This document shows positions 27,641 through 37,732 of a DNA stretch of 64,000 nucleotides, in pieces. Each line of letters starts with the position of its first letter. Position 1 is the stretch's first letter. Source of the stretch: Acidobacteriota bacterium (lineage in GTDB: Bacteria > Acidobacteriota > UBA6911 > RPQK01 > JAJDTT01); assembly GCA_965217775.1 (NCBI GenBank), contig CBDCJH010000002.1, positions 5,856,001-5,920,000 of the forward strand, in the 5' to 3' direction. The translations under genes and the position numbers were made by a program. The notes beneath the pieces were generated by a model, which saw nothing but the letters and a program-made list of their open reading frames with translations, was not told the origin of the DNA and did no database searches.

Positions 27641-29344
27641 ATGAAACGTAGGCGCTTCTTTCTGACCGCCCTGACCGCTGGACTCTCTTCGCGCCTGACC
27701 AAGGCTCGAGGCGAGACGGTTCGCAAGAGCCGGAGCCCGTCGGGCCCTCCGATACCCCGGATCATGTTCACCCACGACAGCCGTCACCCGGCTGTCTACA
27801 TGTACGAACCCCCCATGGAGCGGGAGGAGTTCGAGGCGGCGGTGGACGAGCTGGCGGGGACCCCCGTGGACGTCCTGATGTTCGGGCTGGCCGACGGCCG
27901 GACCTTTTTTCACGACACCAAGGTGGGCGAGATCTGGGGGGACCCGGTGCGGAAGTGGCCCCACCTGATCTTTCGGCGGGCGCGCCAGAACGTCAAGATG
28001 ATGCTGGCCCGGGGCCAGGATCCGCTCCGCATCGTCTGTGAACGGGCCCGGGCCAAGGGCATGCTCCTGTACCCGACCCTGTTGGTCAATCAGTGGATGT
28101 TTGGGACGACGCCCGAAGAGGACACAAGGGCGTCCAACTTCCGCTGGAAGAATCGCCATCTGGAAATCGGCGCCGCCGGGGACCTGGAAGAATTTCCGGG
28201 AAAGACCCACCTGGATTTCAAGCATGAAGCGGTCCGGAGGGAGCGGTTGGCCGTGATTCGGGAGGTGTTGAACAACTACCCCGTCGATGGATTCGAACTG
28301 CATCTCAACTACGCCGGACCCTACTTTTTTCACCCTGATCGGATCGCGGCCGGACGCGAGATCATGTCGTCCTGGGTGGCTCAGGTCCACGAGGCGGTGA
28401 AAGCCAGTGGTGCGGAACGGGAGCTGGTGATCACGGTGCCGGTCGACTTGGAACGCGCCTACTCCCGGGGATTGGACGTGCGCCGGTGGATCCGTGACGG
28501 AAGCGTCGACGTCCTGGTGGGAGCGTCCCACAACTCCATGGATCATGGGGCCGACTTCCGGCCTCTGGTCAAGGCGGCCCGGGGCTCCTCTTGCCGGGTT
28601 TACGCGGCACTCAACGGACAGGTCTACTCGGACCGGCTCCAGAACGCCGACACTACTCTCACGCGTGCAGGGGCCTGCAACTACTGGGCCCAAGGCGTAG
28701 ACGGGCTCTACCTGGATCAGTGGTTTGCCCGCTGGCCCTACCAGGCCTCCTTCTATGAGCAACTCCGGGAGATGCCCCACCCGGACGTGATGGCCGCCAA
28801 GGACAAGTTCTACTACGTGCCGACCCGGGCCGGGACCCGGCTCCGCTCCCACGAGCCGGAATTGCCCCTTCCCCGGAAGCTGGAGACGGAAAGGCCGGTC
28901 GCGGTCGATTTGGAGATCGCGGACGACCTGCCCCGCTGGGATCGGGTCGGCCGCGTCCACGAGGTGCTGCTTCGCCTCCGGATCACGGGGACGACCGAAC
29001 TGGACCGGTTGCGGTTCACCCTCAACGGCCAGGTCCTGCCCTGGGAGCAGATGCGGAAGATCAACCAGATCTACACCATGAGGGCTCCGAGGCGACAGAG
29101 GGTCGTCGGTTACTGGTTCGTCTTTCGTCCGGACCGGGAACGGTGGCCACGGCAAGGAAGGAATCGGATCGAAGTGACCCTCTTGGAACGGGACCCGGAG
29201 GTGACACCGCCCCTCGAGCTCCGGGACGTCGAGTTGGAGATCCGGTACCTGCGGGGGAAAAATGCCGGGAGGGGACGGGACCCGGACGATCTGGGCAGAA
29301 ACGAAACCACCGTCCGCTTGGGGCCGGGGTCTCATTTGGTCTGA
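27641..29344 (+). CDS. Tat-exported GHL10-like protein
   Basis: KRRRFFL; LDFKHEAVR, YPVDGFEL, GVDGLYL. Confidence 0.7.
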   Translation: MKRRRFFLTALTAGLSSRLTKARGETVRKSRSPSGPPIPRIMFTHDSRHPAVYMYEPPMEREEFEAAVDELAGTPVDVLMFGLADGRTFFHDTKVGEIWGDPVRKWPHLIFRRARQNVKMMLARGQDPLRIVCERARAKGMLLYPTLLVNQWMFGTTPEEDTRASNFRWKNRHLEIGAAGDLEEFPGKTHLDFKHEAVRRERLAVIREVLNNYPVDGFELHLNYAGPYFFHPDRIAAGREIMSSWVAQVHEAVKASGAERELVITVPVDLERAYSRGLDVRRWIRDGSVDVLVGASHNSMDHGADFRPLVKAARGSSCRVYAALNGQVYSDRLQNADTTLTRAGACNYWAQGVDGLYLDQWFARWPYQASFYEQLREMPHPDVMAAKDKFYYVPTRAGTRLRSHEPELPLPRKLETERPVAVDLEIADDLPRWDRVGRVHEVLLRLRITGTTELDRLRFTLNGQVLPWEQMRKINQIYTMRAPRRQRVVGYWFVFRPDRERWPRQGRNRIEVTLLERDPEVTPPLELRDVELEIRYLRGKNAGRGRDPDDLGRNETTVRLGPGSHLV

Positions 29345-29394
29345 GCCAGATGTCCGAGTGAAAGTATGACCGTGTCGGATCGGGAGAGGAGAGC

Positions 29395-31293
29395 ATGAGG
29401 AATTCACTTTTCGGGAAATGGTGTGGGATCGCGGCGGCAGTGCCCGTGCTGGTCCTGCTCGCCGCCGGCTGCCGGATGGGAGAACCCTGGAGCGAGGACA
29501 ACGCCCGGGTCATCCAGGAAAACGGAGTTCAGGGCAGAGAGCGGGAGGTTCCCGATCTGGGCGTCCGCTCCAACCTGGATTGGGACAAGGTGTATCCGAA
29601 CCAGACGCTTCCCAACCTGGAGTTGGCCGCCGGGGTCACGGCCAGGGCCGCCTGGGGCCAGGGCACCCTCTACGAATACGTCACCTTGGCGCCGGGAGCC
29701 GTCTATCCCGAAGAGACGCTGTCCGTGGAAGTGATCACCACGGTCAGGGACGGCAGCGTCACCGTGCGGGTGGAGGACACGGACCACACACTGGCTCGAA
29801 ACGACGTGATCTATCTGGCCGAGGGGACTCGGCGCCGGTTGGAGGCTGGCGACGAGGGTGCGGAGCTGGTCGAGGTCTTTTCTCCTTTGAGAACCGACCA
29901 CCTGGAGTTGGCCGGCGTCCAGGCCGACCCCGGCGAGATGCCGGATCAGGGAGTGATGCCCTCTTTGGAGGCGGGCCGCGTCTACAATATGGGACAGATT
30001 CAGCTCACGCCCCTGATCCCCGCCGACAAGGACCTTTCCTACCCACGCAGCAGGGCGAATTCCCGCCTCATCTGGGGCAAGAACGCCATGCTCAGCTTCA
30101 TCACCCTGGATCCGGCGGCCTCCTTTCCCTTGCACATCCACCCCGAGGACCAGTTGATGATCGTACTTCGAGGGGGGTTGATGCAGACCATGGTAAATCG
30201 CAAGTTGCCGGTGGACGGGCATGCCCGGCACGCCCTTTTCGTTCCGGGAGGGATGGTGCACGCCGGTGACTCGGGGGAGTTCGGAGCCGATGTCCTGGAT
30301 GCCTTCTGGCCGGTGAGACCCGACTATCTGGAGGCGGCCTCCCGGCAGAGCGCCCGTTTTCAGGAGGTGATCGCCGCCGGAAGCGAGCCGGAGCGGGTGG
30401 CCACCGGATTTACGTTCCTGGAGGGACCCACCTGGCTGGACGGGCGACTCTACTTCTCCGACATGTACTTCAAGGATCCGGCCAACGGCGACTGGACGGG
30501 AGATCCCAAGCGGAGCCGCCTGATCCGGATGGAGCCGAACGGTGAGACCAAGGTGCTCTCCCGGGGCCGGCAGACCAATGGAACCATTGCCTCCCGGCGC
30601 GGCTACCTCATCGTCTGCGACATGTTCGGACACCGCGTCGTGGAGGTCCATCCCCGGTCCGGACGGGTGGTCCGAAACCTGCTCAGACGGGTCGACGGCA
30701 AGGCGGTGGACGGTCCCAACGACCTGGTCATGGACACCAAAGGGGGCATCTATGTCACCGATCCCCAGTTCACGCTGGAGGCGAAGAAGAGCCAGCCCGG
30801 CGCCCAGGTCTACTACGTCCCGCGGAGAGGGCGCGCCCGGGTGGTGGTGCCCGCCGGGGAATTCGCCATGCCCAACGGCGTGGAGATCTCACCGGACGGC
30901 AAGATCCTCTACCTGAACAACACCTGGAAGAGCCCGGGTGAGAACTTCATCTGGGCCTACGACATCCAGGAGGACGGGTCGCTCAGCAACAAGCGCAAGT
31001 TCGCCATGCTCCACTTGACTCCCGAGGTGATGGATGCCGCCGACCCCGGAGACCGGGTCAATACCCAGGCCGATGGGATGGCGGTGGACATGGAGGGCCG
31101 GATCTATGTCGGAACCCTCTCCGGGGTTCAGATTTTCGATAAGACCGGCCTTTACGTGGGGACCATCGCACCCCCGGAACTTCCAGTGGTGAGCTGCACC
31201 TTCGGAGGCGAGAATTACGACGAGCTCTACATGGTCAGTCCCAATTCCGTCTGGAGGATGCCGACGAGGGTTCAAGGCTTCCGGCATCCTTAG
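29395..31293 (+). CDS. Lipoprotein: tandem cupin domains fused to SMP-30/gluconolactonase propeller
   Basis: Lipobox LAAGC; PLHIHPEDQ...PGGMVH cupin; FLEGPTW, GPNDL, MPNGV, ADGMAVD SGL motifs. Confidence 0.85.
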   Translation: MRNSLFGKWCGIAAAVPVLVLLAAGCRMGEPWSEDNARVIQENGVQGREREVPDLGVRSNLDWDKVYPNQTLPNLELAAGVTARAAWGQGTLYEYVTLAPGAVYPEETLSVEVITTVRDGSVTVRVEDTDHTLARNDVIYLAEGTRRRLEAGDEGAELVEVFSPLRTDHLELAGVQADPGEMPDQGVMPSLEAGRVYNMGQIQLTPLIPADKDLSYPRSRANSRLIWGKNAMLSFITLDPAASFPLHIHPEDQLMIVLRGGLMQTMVNRKLPVDGHARHALFVPGGMVHAGDSGEFGADVLDAFWPVRPDYLEAASRQSARFQEVIAAGSEPERVATGFTFLEGPTWLDGRLYFSDMYFKDPANGDWTGDPKRSRLIRMEPNGETKVLSRGRQTNGTIASRRGYLIVCDMFGHRVVEVHPRSGRVVRNLLRRVDGKAVDGPNDLVMDTKGGIYVTDPQFTLEAKKSQPGAQVYYVPRRGRARVVVPAGEFAMPNGVEISPDGKILYLNNTWKSPGENFIWAYDIQEDGSLSNKRKFAMLHLTPEVMDAADPGDRVNTQADGMAVDMEGRIYVGTLSGVQIFDKTGLYVGTIAPPELPVVSCTFGGENYDELYMVSPNSVWRMPTRVQGFRHP

Positions 31294-31477
31294 GAGCCTG
31301 CGACGCAGAAATTGATCTACTGCGAAAGCGGGGAATCGGTCCATATTTCCCCGATTTCTCGGCGAATAGAACAACTATGCACCTCCAAATCGTGAAAATC
31401 TGGCCTCGATTCCCCACTTTCTCGCTACGATCATTCCTCCGGCGCAGACTCCTAGCGTCCGGGCCACAAGGCACAAC

Positions 31478-33064
31478 ATGAAGAAGCCGCGCATCTACTT
31501 CTACAACGACGGCCGCCATCCGTTGATCTACATGTACGAGCCTCCCATGCAGAAGGAGGAGTACGAAGCGGCCGTGGACGAGCTGTTGGGAACTCCCGTC
31601 GAAGCCCTGGTCTTCGCCCTGGGCGAGGGGCGCACCATGCTCCATGACACCCAGGCCGGCGAGCTCTGGGGGCACAACGTGGACAAGTGGCCCCACTTGA
31701 TCTGGCGGCGCGCCCATCAGAACGCTCGCATGATGATCGATGCCGGGAACGATCCGCTGCGAGTCGTCGCCGACCGGGCTCGCGACGAGAACATCCGCTT
31801 CTATCCCTCCCTCAACGTCCAGTGGCCGGCCGTCAAACGGGGCGAGGGGACCGTCTGGGTCCGGGTCTCCGACTTTCGCTGGAACCACAAACACCTGGAA
31901 ATCGGCGCCGAGGGGGACGTGGACCCCGGGTATCCCGGCTTCGGGTGTCTGGATTTTCGACATCGGGAAGCACGGGACGAACGCTTCGCCATCGTGGAGG
32001 AGACGGTCCGGCGATACCCGGTGGACGGCTTCGAGCTCAACCTGAACGGTTACCCCTATTTCTTCGCTCCTCACGGCATAGAGGAGGGGCGTCCCGTCCT
32101 CACCGAGTGGGTGAAACGCGTCTCGGAGACGGTCCGAGGCAGCGGCGCCGGCCGGGAGCTGCTGGTGCGGGTGGCCACCAACCTGGCCGGCAACTACTCG
32201 CTGGGAATGGACGTCGTGGAGTGGATTCGTCAGGGCCTGGTGGATGTCCTGGTGGTTCAGGACCGCCCGGGCGTGGTCAATCAGATGGCTGACTTCCGTC
32301 CCCTGGTGAAGGCGGCGCGAGGAACGGGAACCCGGGTCGTGGCGGCGATCCAGAGCAGGGTGAACACCGACCGGCTGGACGTGGAAACCATCGAAATGCT
32401 CCGGGCCACCGCCTGCAACTACTGGGCTCAGGGCATCGGCGGGATGGTCCTGGATCGGGGCTGGTTTCTGGACTGGCCCTACGAAGCCCCTTTCTACCAG
32501 AAGCTCCGGGAGTTGCCCTATCCACGCGTGATGGAGACCCGGGACAAGCATTACCATCTGTTGACCCAGCCGGGCCCGGGGATCGAAGACACGGTCCTTC
32601 AGACCCGGGCCCCGCTACCGGCCAAACTGGAGGAGGGCCGGCCGGTCCACCTCGATTTCACCAGCAGCGACGATCTGCCCCGTTGGGATTCGGTGGGACG
32701 GGTTCATCGGGTCCTGCTGAGGATTCGGGTGAGGCAGACGACGGAGTTGGACCGCTTGCGGTTTCGACTCAATGGAAGGGAACTTCCCGCCAAATCGCTC
32801 CGGAAGATCAATCACATGTACAAGATGCACGCCCCGCGCGAACGGATCTCAGGCTATTGGTTCGTCTACACGCTGGAGCGCGAGCATTGGCCCCGGCGGG
32901 GCGCCAACCGGATGGAGATCACTCTGCTGGAGCGGGACCCGGAGGTGACGAAACCGATCACCGTTCGCGATTTGGAGTTGGAGACGCGGTACCTGATGGG
33001 AAAGAATTTCCACCGGGAATACGTGGACCCGGACCTGGGGCCCTACGAGTTCTCCACCGCCTGA
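31478..33064 (+). CDS. GHL10-like protein, close paralogue of 27641..29344 without signal peptide
   Basis: Shares HP..YMYEPPM..EE.EAAVDEL.GTPV and KWPHLI.RRA.QN along its whole length. Confidence 0.75.
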   Translation: MKKPRIYFYNDGRHPLIYMYEPPMQKEEYEAAVDELLGTPVEALVFALGEGRTMLHDTQAGELWGHNVDKWPHLIWRRAHQNARMMIDAGNDPLRVVADRARDENIRFYPSLNVQWPAVKRGEGTVWVRVSDFRWNHKHLEIGAEGDVDPGYPGFGCLDFRHREARDERFAIVEETVRRYPVDGFELNLNGYPYFFAPHGIEEGRPVLTEWVKRVSETVRGSGAGRELLVRVATNLAGNYSLGMDVVEWIRQGLVDVLVVQDRPGVVNQMADFRPLVKAARGTGTRVVAAIQSRVNTDRLDVETIEMLRATACNYWAQGIGGMVLDRGWFLDWPYEAPFYQKLRELPYPRVMETRDKHYHLLTQPGPGIEDTVLQTRAPLPAKLEEGRPVHLDFTSSDDLPRWDSVGRVHRVLLRIRVRQTTELDRLRFRLNGRELPAKSLRKINHMYKMHAPRERISGYWFVYTLEREHWPRRGANRMEITLLERDPEVTKPITVRDLELETRYLMGKNFHREYVDPDLGPYEFSTA

Positions 33065-33076
33065 CGGGCGGGAGGG

Positions 33077-33264
33077 GGGAGGGGCGACATCCTTGTCGCC
33101 CGCCCGGAAGGGCGATTTCTAGTCGCCCATTCTTTCTTTTCTCGGTTCGTTCCTGCGTCGGGTTTTTTTGGGAGGTCGGCTACGGGGCGGCTGGAAACCG
33201 CCGCTCCTGTTCGGCGGCTGGAAACCGCCGCTCCCTGTTCGGCGGTTGGAAACCGCCGCTCCCT
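33077..33264. repeat. REP-like hairpin cluster (GGAG foot), including three tandem GGCGG(C/T)TGGAAACCGCCGCTCC units
   Basis: Units at 33186, 33213 and 33241; opposed GGAGGGGCGACATCCTTGTCGCCC at 33078; lies between convergent genes. Confidence 0.8.
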
Positions 33265-33281
33265 GGCCGGCGGGACAGTTT

Positions 33282-34169
33282 CTATCGTGTCTCTACGACG
33301 ACCGTGTCCAGTTTGTCCTTCTCCCGCGCGACTCCGATGATCATCAGCTCCAGAGAAGATTCCGGACCGCTGTCAACGGAGTGAGCTTCGCCCAGAAGGA
33401 CCGGAACGGCGTCTCCCTCGGACACGGGAGCGGTTTCTTCCCGGTCGCCCGCACCGAGGCGGAAAGTTCCCGACCCTTGCATCACGTAGAACACTTCCTC
33501 CACGCCCTGGTGCCGGTGTTTCCCCAGCGAGGTTCCCGGGGGAAGAAGCAGGTGGTCCACGTAGGCCCAATTGGTTCGGAACACCTCCGGCGAGAGCGCC
33601 CGGCGGAAGAGCACGGTTCCGGTCCCGCCATGAAGTCTCTTCGTGGACTTGAGCAGGCGGCGGTCCAGCCGCATGGTCATGAAAACGGGTACCGGGTCTT
33701 TGGGAACGCCGACCCGGTCGTCCCCCAGGTCGAAGGCGTCATATTTGCGCTTGACCGCTGAGACGGCGATGTTCATCCACTGAGTCGGCCGATCCGTGGG
33801 GTTGTAGATGCCGTGCGAGCTCCCCTGGCGGCAGGGAGCTCCGGCGGGACCCTGAACCGTTGAGGTCCGCCCGTCGATGGTGAACTCGGCCTCATTGTCG
33901 AAGATGACGTACATCTCCTCCATCCGGTTGTGGAAATGGTGGCCGATGCCTCCCCCGGGATGCAGCACTCCCCGGTGGACGAACAGGAGGTTCGTGGTCA
34001 GTGCGTCCCGTCCCAGGAGGGTCATGTAGGCCATCTCCCCGGCACCGCCATGGACGGCTTGTATCGTCCGCAAGGCCTCGGGCGTGGTGTGTCCGATCCG
34101 TTCAGCAAGGGGCTTCATTTGGGCTGCGGCCGGAGTGAAGAACAAAAAAAGAAGGGGAACTACTCTCAT
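33282..34169 (-). CDS. Secreted double-cupin protein
   Basis: Signal peptide [11 protein letters not shown]; [14 protein letters not shown] and [13 protein letters not shown]. Confidence 0.8.
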   Translation of the reverse strand: MRVVPLLFLFFTPAAAQMKPLAERIGHTTPEALRTIQAVHGGAGEMAYMTLLGRDALTTNLLFVHRGVLHPGGGIGHHFHNRMEEMYVIFDNEAEFTIDGRTSTVQGPAGAPCRQGSSHGIYNPTDRPTQWMNIAVSAVKRKYDAFDLGDDRVGVPKDPVPVFMTMRLDRRLLKSTKRLHGGTGTVLFRRALSPEVFRTNWAYVDHLLLPPGTSLGKHRHQGVEEVFYVMQGSGTFRLGAGDREETAPVSEGDAVPVLLGEAHSVDSGPESSLELMIIGVAREKDKLDTVVVETR

Positions 34170-34275
34170 GGCGAGATCCTCTCGAATGGATGCGGGCTGC
34201 TGAAATCGGCTGCAGGATGCCGAATAATCAAACGGGACATGAATCGCCGGAACGCCCACCGGAGACCCGGGGGCA

Positions 34276-34782
34276 TCACCAGCCGCGGCGGTTTCCCTCC
34301 AGAATGATTCGGCGGTAGACGGCGGGGGGCAGCTGAAAGTCGTGGAAGACCTTCAGCTTGTAGCGATCGTTCAAGAGGTTCTTCAACCGGATGTTCCGTT
34401 TCAGGTTCCTTCCCGGTGGCCGGGTCCGGTCAGCCTCGTCCCGGGCCTTCTGTTGAGCCCTTTTCCAGGCCTTGAAGATGTCTCGGCGAACCGAACTGTC
34501 CTGCGGGACCTCCGCGACGAAAGCGACGGGTCGCGCCACCGACTTGTGGACGTAGCGGGTCGCCCCGGAGAAGAGATGGATGGCGTACCAGTTGCCCTTT
34601 TCGTCCTCCAACTGGAAGACGTCGTTCCGTGCCGCCTTGGCGACGATTCCGGCGCCCCGCCGGGGGGCGTTGCGGACGTTGGCCACCCGGGTTCTGATCT
34701 CGACGTAGTGGGCCGCACTCAGCAGCGGTCCACTCAGCAGAAGCAGAATCAGTCCGAGGCAGACCGACGGCACGGGTCTCAT
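34276..34782 (-). CDS. Secreted SH3b-domain protein
   Basis: Signal peptide; ANVRNAP...IVAKA...GNWYAI...YVHKS. Confidence 0.7.
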   Translation of the reverse strand: MRPVPSVCLGLILLLLSGPLLSAAHYVEIRTRVANVRNAPRRGAGIVAKAARNDVFQLEDEKGNWYAIHLFSGATRYVHKSVARPVAFVAEVPQDSSVRRDIFKAWKRAQQKARDEADRTRPPGRNLKRNIRLKNLLNDRYKLKVFHDFQLPPAVYRRIILEGNRRGW

Positions 34783-34789
34783 TCGCCCG

Positions 34790-35107
34790 CTACTCTCTCG
34801 AACGGGAATTGGTGTCGGTAGCGGATTCCGACTCTTGGGACTCGGCAGACGGTTTTCTGATTCGAGGTCTCATATGGGTCCCGGACCCCGGACCCATGGG
34901 CTTGAGATTACCCACCTCGTGAAAATGGAAGCCGATGGTTTCCGGCTCGGCCTCCTCCAACTCGGGGTCCTCGGCGTAATCGTAGCGATCCATCGGAGCC
35001 AGACCCTTCTTCCGGTCGAAACGCCGCTGACGCTTCAGGCTGGCCTTCTCCATTCTGCGCAGCTCTTTTTGCCGTTTGAGGTAGGACTGTCGAGACTTCC
35101 TGGCCAT
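34790..35107 (-). CDS. Small basic hypothetical protein
   Basis: GGAGG RBS; MARKSRQSYLKRQKELRRMEKASLKRQRRF followed by an acidic stretch. Confidence 0.65.
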   Translation of the reverse strand: MARKSRQSYLKRQKELRRMEKASLKRQRRFDRKKGLAPMDRYDYAEDPELEEAEPETIGFHFHEVGNLKPMGPGSGTHMRPRIRKPSAESQESESATDTNSRSRE

Positions 35108-35444
35108 ACGGAGAACCTCCGGGGGATTGGAAAACAGTGGTTTCGGGAGTTCCGCCCGGGAAAAATCAACTCTACATGGAACCGGGGAAATTTTCCAGCC
35201 GGCGACATCGACCGCCGGCCATGTCCCGCAGAGCATTCTCCCAGGTCCTTTCTGAAATCAGTCCCAGTCCCGCGGAGACACACACGAAAGACACCTCGAT
35301 CCCTACTTGGCCGCCGATTTCGTAGAGGTCCTTTCCGGGGACCGACAAGTGTGATAATCACATCATGATGTCACACAACCGGCAACTTCTCCCGGCCACC
35401 AGCACCTTGATGGCCGCGAGGCCTACCAGAGAAGGGACAGTGGA

Positions 35445-37640
35445 TTGACGCAATCTCGTTTCTTACGAGTCGGGAGGGGCTTTGGACCATGGGACCGGGG
35501 GCGGGCTTTCTGGTCTCTCCTGTTTCTCGTCCTGGCGTTTTCGGGATTCTCCCAAGCCCAGAAACGTAGTGTTCCCGAACGTGGACACCGGGACTGGCGG
35601 GTGTACGGGGGCACCGCGGAAAGCATTCGCTATTCGGCTTTGACTCAGATCCACCGCGAAAACGTTCAACGGCTCGAGTTGGCCTGGAAGCACGACACGG
35701 GCGATGCCTACGAAGACTCGGAGATGCCCTGCAATCCTATTGTCATCGACGGTGTCTTCTATGCCGTGACGCCGACGCTGCGGATCTTTGCGCTGGAGGC
35801 AGCCACCGGCAAGTTGCTCTGGCGCGTCGAACTTCCAGGGAAATTCACGCGCGCGCAACGGCGCAGCCGCGGAGTCGTCTGGTGGGGAGATGAGCGGGAA
35901 CAGCGCATCTTCGCCACCAAGGGGCCGTACCTCTATGCCCTGGACGCCCGCAACGGCCGGCTGATTCCGGGCTTCGGCGACTCGGGGCGAGTCGATCTGA
36001 GAGTCGGCTTGGGACGTCCGCTCGAGACTCTTCGAATCTGGGCCAGAACGCCCGGCGTGATCTACCGGGACCTCCTGATCCAGGGCAGCGTGATGAGCGA
36101 GGGCCTGCCTGCTCCGCCCGGAGACGTGCGCGCCTACGACGTGCGTTCCGGCGAGCTCCGCTGGTCTTTTCACACGATTCCCCGTCCGGGAGAGCCGGGT
36201 CACGAGACCTGGCCGGAGGAGGCCTGGAAATATGCCGGAGCCGCCAACAGTTGGGCGGGCATGAGCGTGGATCGCCGGCGGGGACTGGTCTTCATCCCCA
36301 CGGGGTCGGCCTCCTTCGATTTCTATGGGGCCAATCGCCACGGCGACAATCTCTATGCCAATTCTCTGATTGCACTCCGGGCCGGGACCGGGGAGCGCGT
36401 CTGGCATTTTCAGTTCGTCCGCCACGATCTCTGGGACCGGGATCTTCCGGCGCAGCCCTCACTGGTCACGGTGAAGCGGGACGGGCGGCTGGTCGACGCC
36501 GTGGCCCAGACCACGAAGTCGGGCCATGTTTTCGTATTCGACCGGGATCGGGGAACTCCCCTTTTCCCCATCGAGTACCGGCCAACGCCGGAAACCGACG
36601 TCGAAGGAGAACGGGTCGTCTCCAGCCAGCCGTTCCCCTTGAAGCCGCCCCCGTTTGCCCGGCAGCGGCTGACGGAGGAGATGCTCACGCGTCGCAGTCC
36701 CGAGGCCCACAAGGCCGTTCTGGAGCGATTCAGGAGCCTTCGCAACGAAGGACCCTTCACGCCTCCCAGTCTCCAGGGAACGGTGATCTTCCCCGGGTTC
36801 GACGGTGGAGCGAATTGGGGAGGAGCCGCCTTCGATCCCGAGACCGGACTGTTCTACGTCAATGCCAACGAGATGGCGTGGATCCTGCGGTTGGTGGAGA
36901 CGTCCCGCCCCGATCAACCGTTCGGCGGCCGGCAACTGTACCTGGACCGGTGTGCCGGGTGTCACCGGGAGGACCTCAAGGGGACTCCACCGGAATTTCC
37001 GTCTCTCGTCCACCTGAGGAATCGCTCCACGGAGGCGGAGGTCGTCCGCATGATCCGCGAGGGTGGAGGCCGCATGCCCGGTTTTCACCGGTTGGAACAG
37101 GACGAGCTTCGGGCGGTGGCCCGCTATCTCCTGAAGGGCGAGGATACTCCTCTGACCAGAGAGGGACGCAAGACCCGGGACCCGATCCTCCGTTACCGGC
37201 ACGACGGATACATCAAGCTGTTGGACCCGGACGGATATCCGGGTGTCCAGCCGCCTTGGGGCACTCTGACGGCTATCGATCTGGACCGGGGAGAGATCGC
37301 CTGGCAGATCCCCTTGGGAGAGTTCCCCGAGTTGGCCGCCCAAGGGCTCGGGAACACGGGGACCGAGAACTATGGCGGTCCGGTGGTCACCGCGGGGGGC
37401 CTCGTCTTCATCGGGGCGACCAACCATGACAGCAAGTTTCGAGCCTTCGACAAGGCCACGGGTCGTCTGTTGTGGGAGACGGGTCTTCCGGCGGGCGGGA
37501 ATGCCACCCCTGCCGTGTATCAGGTCGGTGGTCGCCAGTTCGTGGTCATTGCCGCCGGAGGTGGTAAATCGGGCGCGCCTTCCGGGGGCAGCTATTTGGC
37601 GTTTGCCTTGCCGGCCAGTGAAGTTGACGAAGCCCCCTGA
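35445..37640 (+). CDS. PQQ-dependent (glucose/quinate-type) dehydrogenase with internal cytochrome c
   Basis: RYSALTQI...NV..LELAW, HDLWDRD, PGFDGGANWGG, CAGCH, PPWGTL; start uncertain. Confidence 0.9.
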   Translation: MTQSRFLRVGRGFGPWDRGRAFWSLLFLVLAFSGFSQAQKRSVPERGHRDWRVYGGTAESIRYSALTQIHRENVQRLELAWKHDTGDAYEDSEMPCNPIVIDGVFYAVTPTLRIFALEAATGKLLWRVELPGKFTRAQRRSRGVVWWGDEREQRIFATKGPYLYALDARNGRLIPGFGDSGRVDLRVGLGRPLETLRIWARTPGVIYRDLLIQGSVMSEGLPAPPGDVRAYDVRSGELRWSFHTIPRPGEPGHETWPEEAWKYAGAANSWAGMSVDRRRGLVFIPTGSASFDFYGANRHGDNLYANSLIALRAGTGERVWHFQFVRHDLWDRDLPAQPSLVTVKRDGRLVDAVAQTTKSGHVFVFDRDRGTPLFPIEYRPTPETDVEGERVVSSQPFPLKPPPFARQRLTEEMLTRRSPEAHKAVLERFRSLRNEGPFTPPSLQGTVIFPGFDGGANWGGAAFDPETGLFYVNANEMAWILRLVETSRPDQPFGGRQLYLDRCAGCHREDLKGTPPEFPSLVHLRNRSTEAEVVRMIREGGGRMPGFHRLEQDELRAVARYLLKGEDTPLTREGRKTRDPILRYRHDGYIKLLDPDGYPGVQPPWGTLTAIDLDRGEIAWQIPLGEFPELAAQGLGNTGTENYGGPVVTAGGLVFIGATNHDSKFRAFDKATGRLLWETGLPAGGNATPAVYQVGGRQFVVIAAGGGKSGAPSGGSYLAFALPASEVDEAP

Positions 37641-37732
37641 CCGGTAGATCGGCGACGGCTTCAGGTCTGATTCCGATCTGGACCGCTTCGCGGCATGGCT
37701 ATCGGGTTGGTTCAGGGAGTCCCGATTTTCTC

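Noticed and set aside
23298-29407. Long minus-strand ORFs (868, 471 and 626 aa)
   Set aside because: They are antisense shadows of well-supported plus-strand genes, expected in GC-rich DNA, and show no motifs
33186-33264. Three 27-28-bp tandem palindromic units as a possible CRISPR array
   Set aside because: Only 5-6 nt of near-identical linker between units, no unique spacers and no cas genes; fits REP-like repeats
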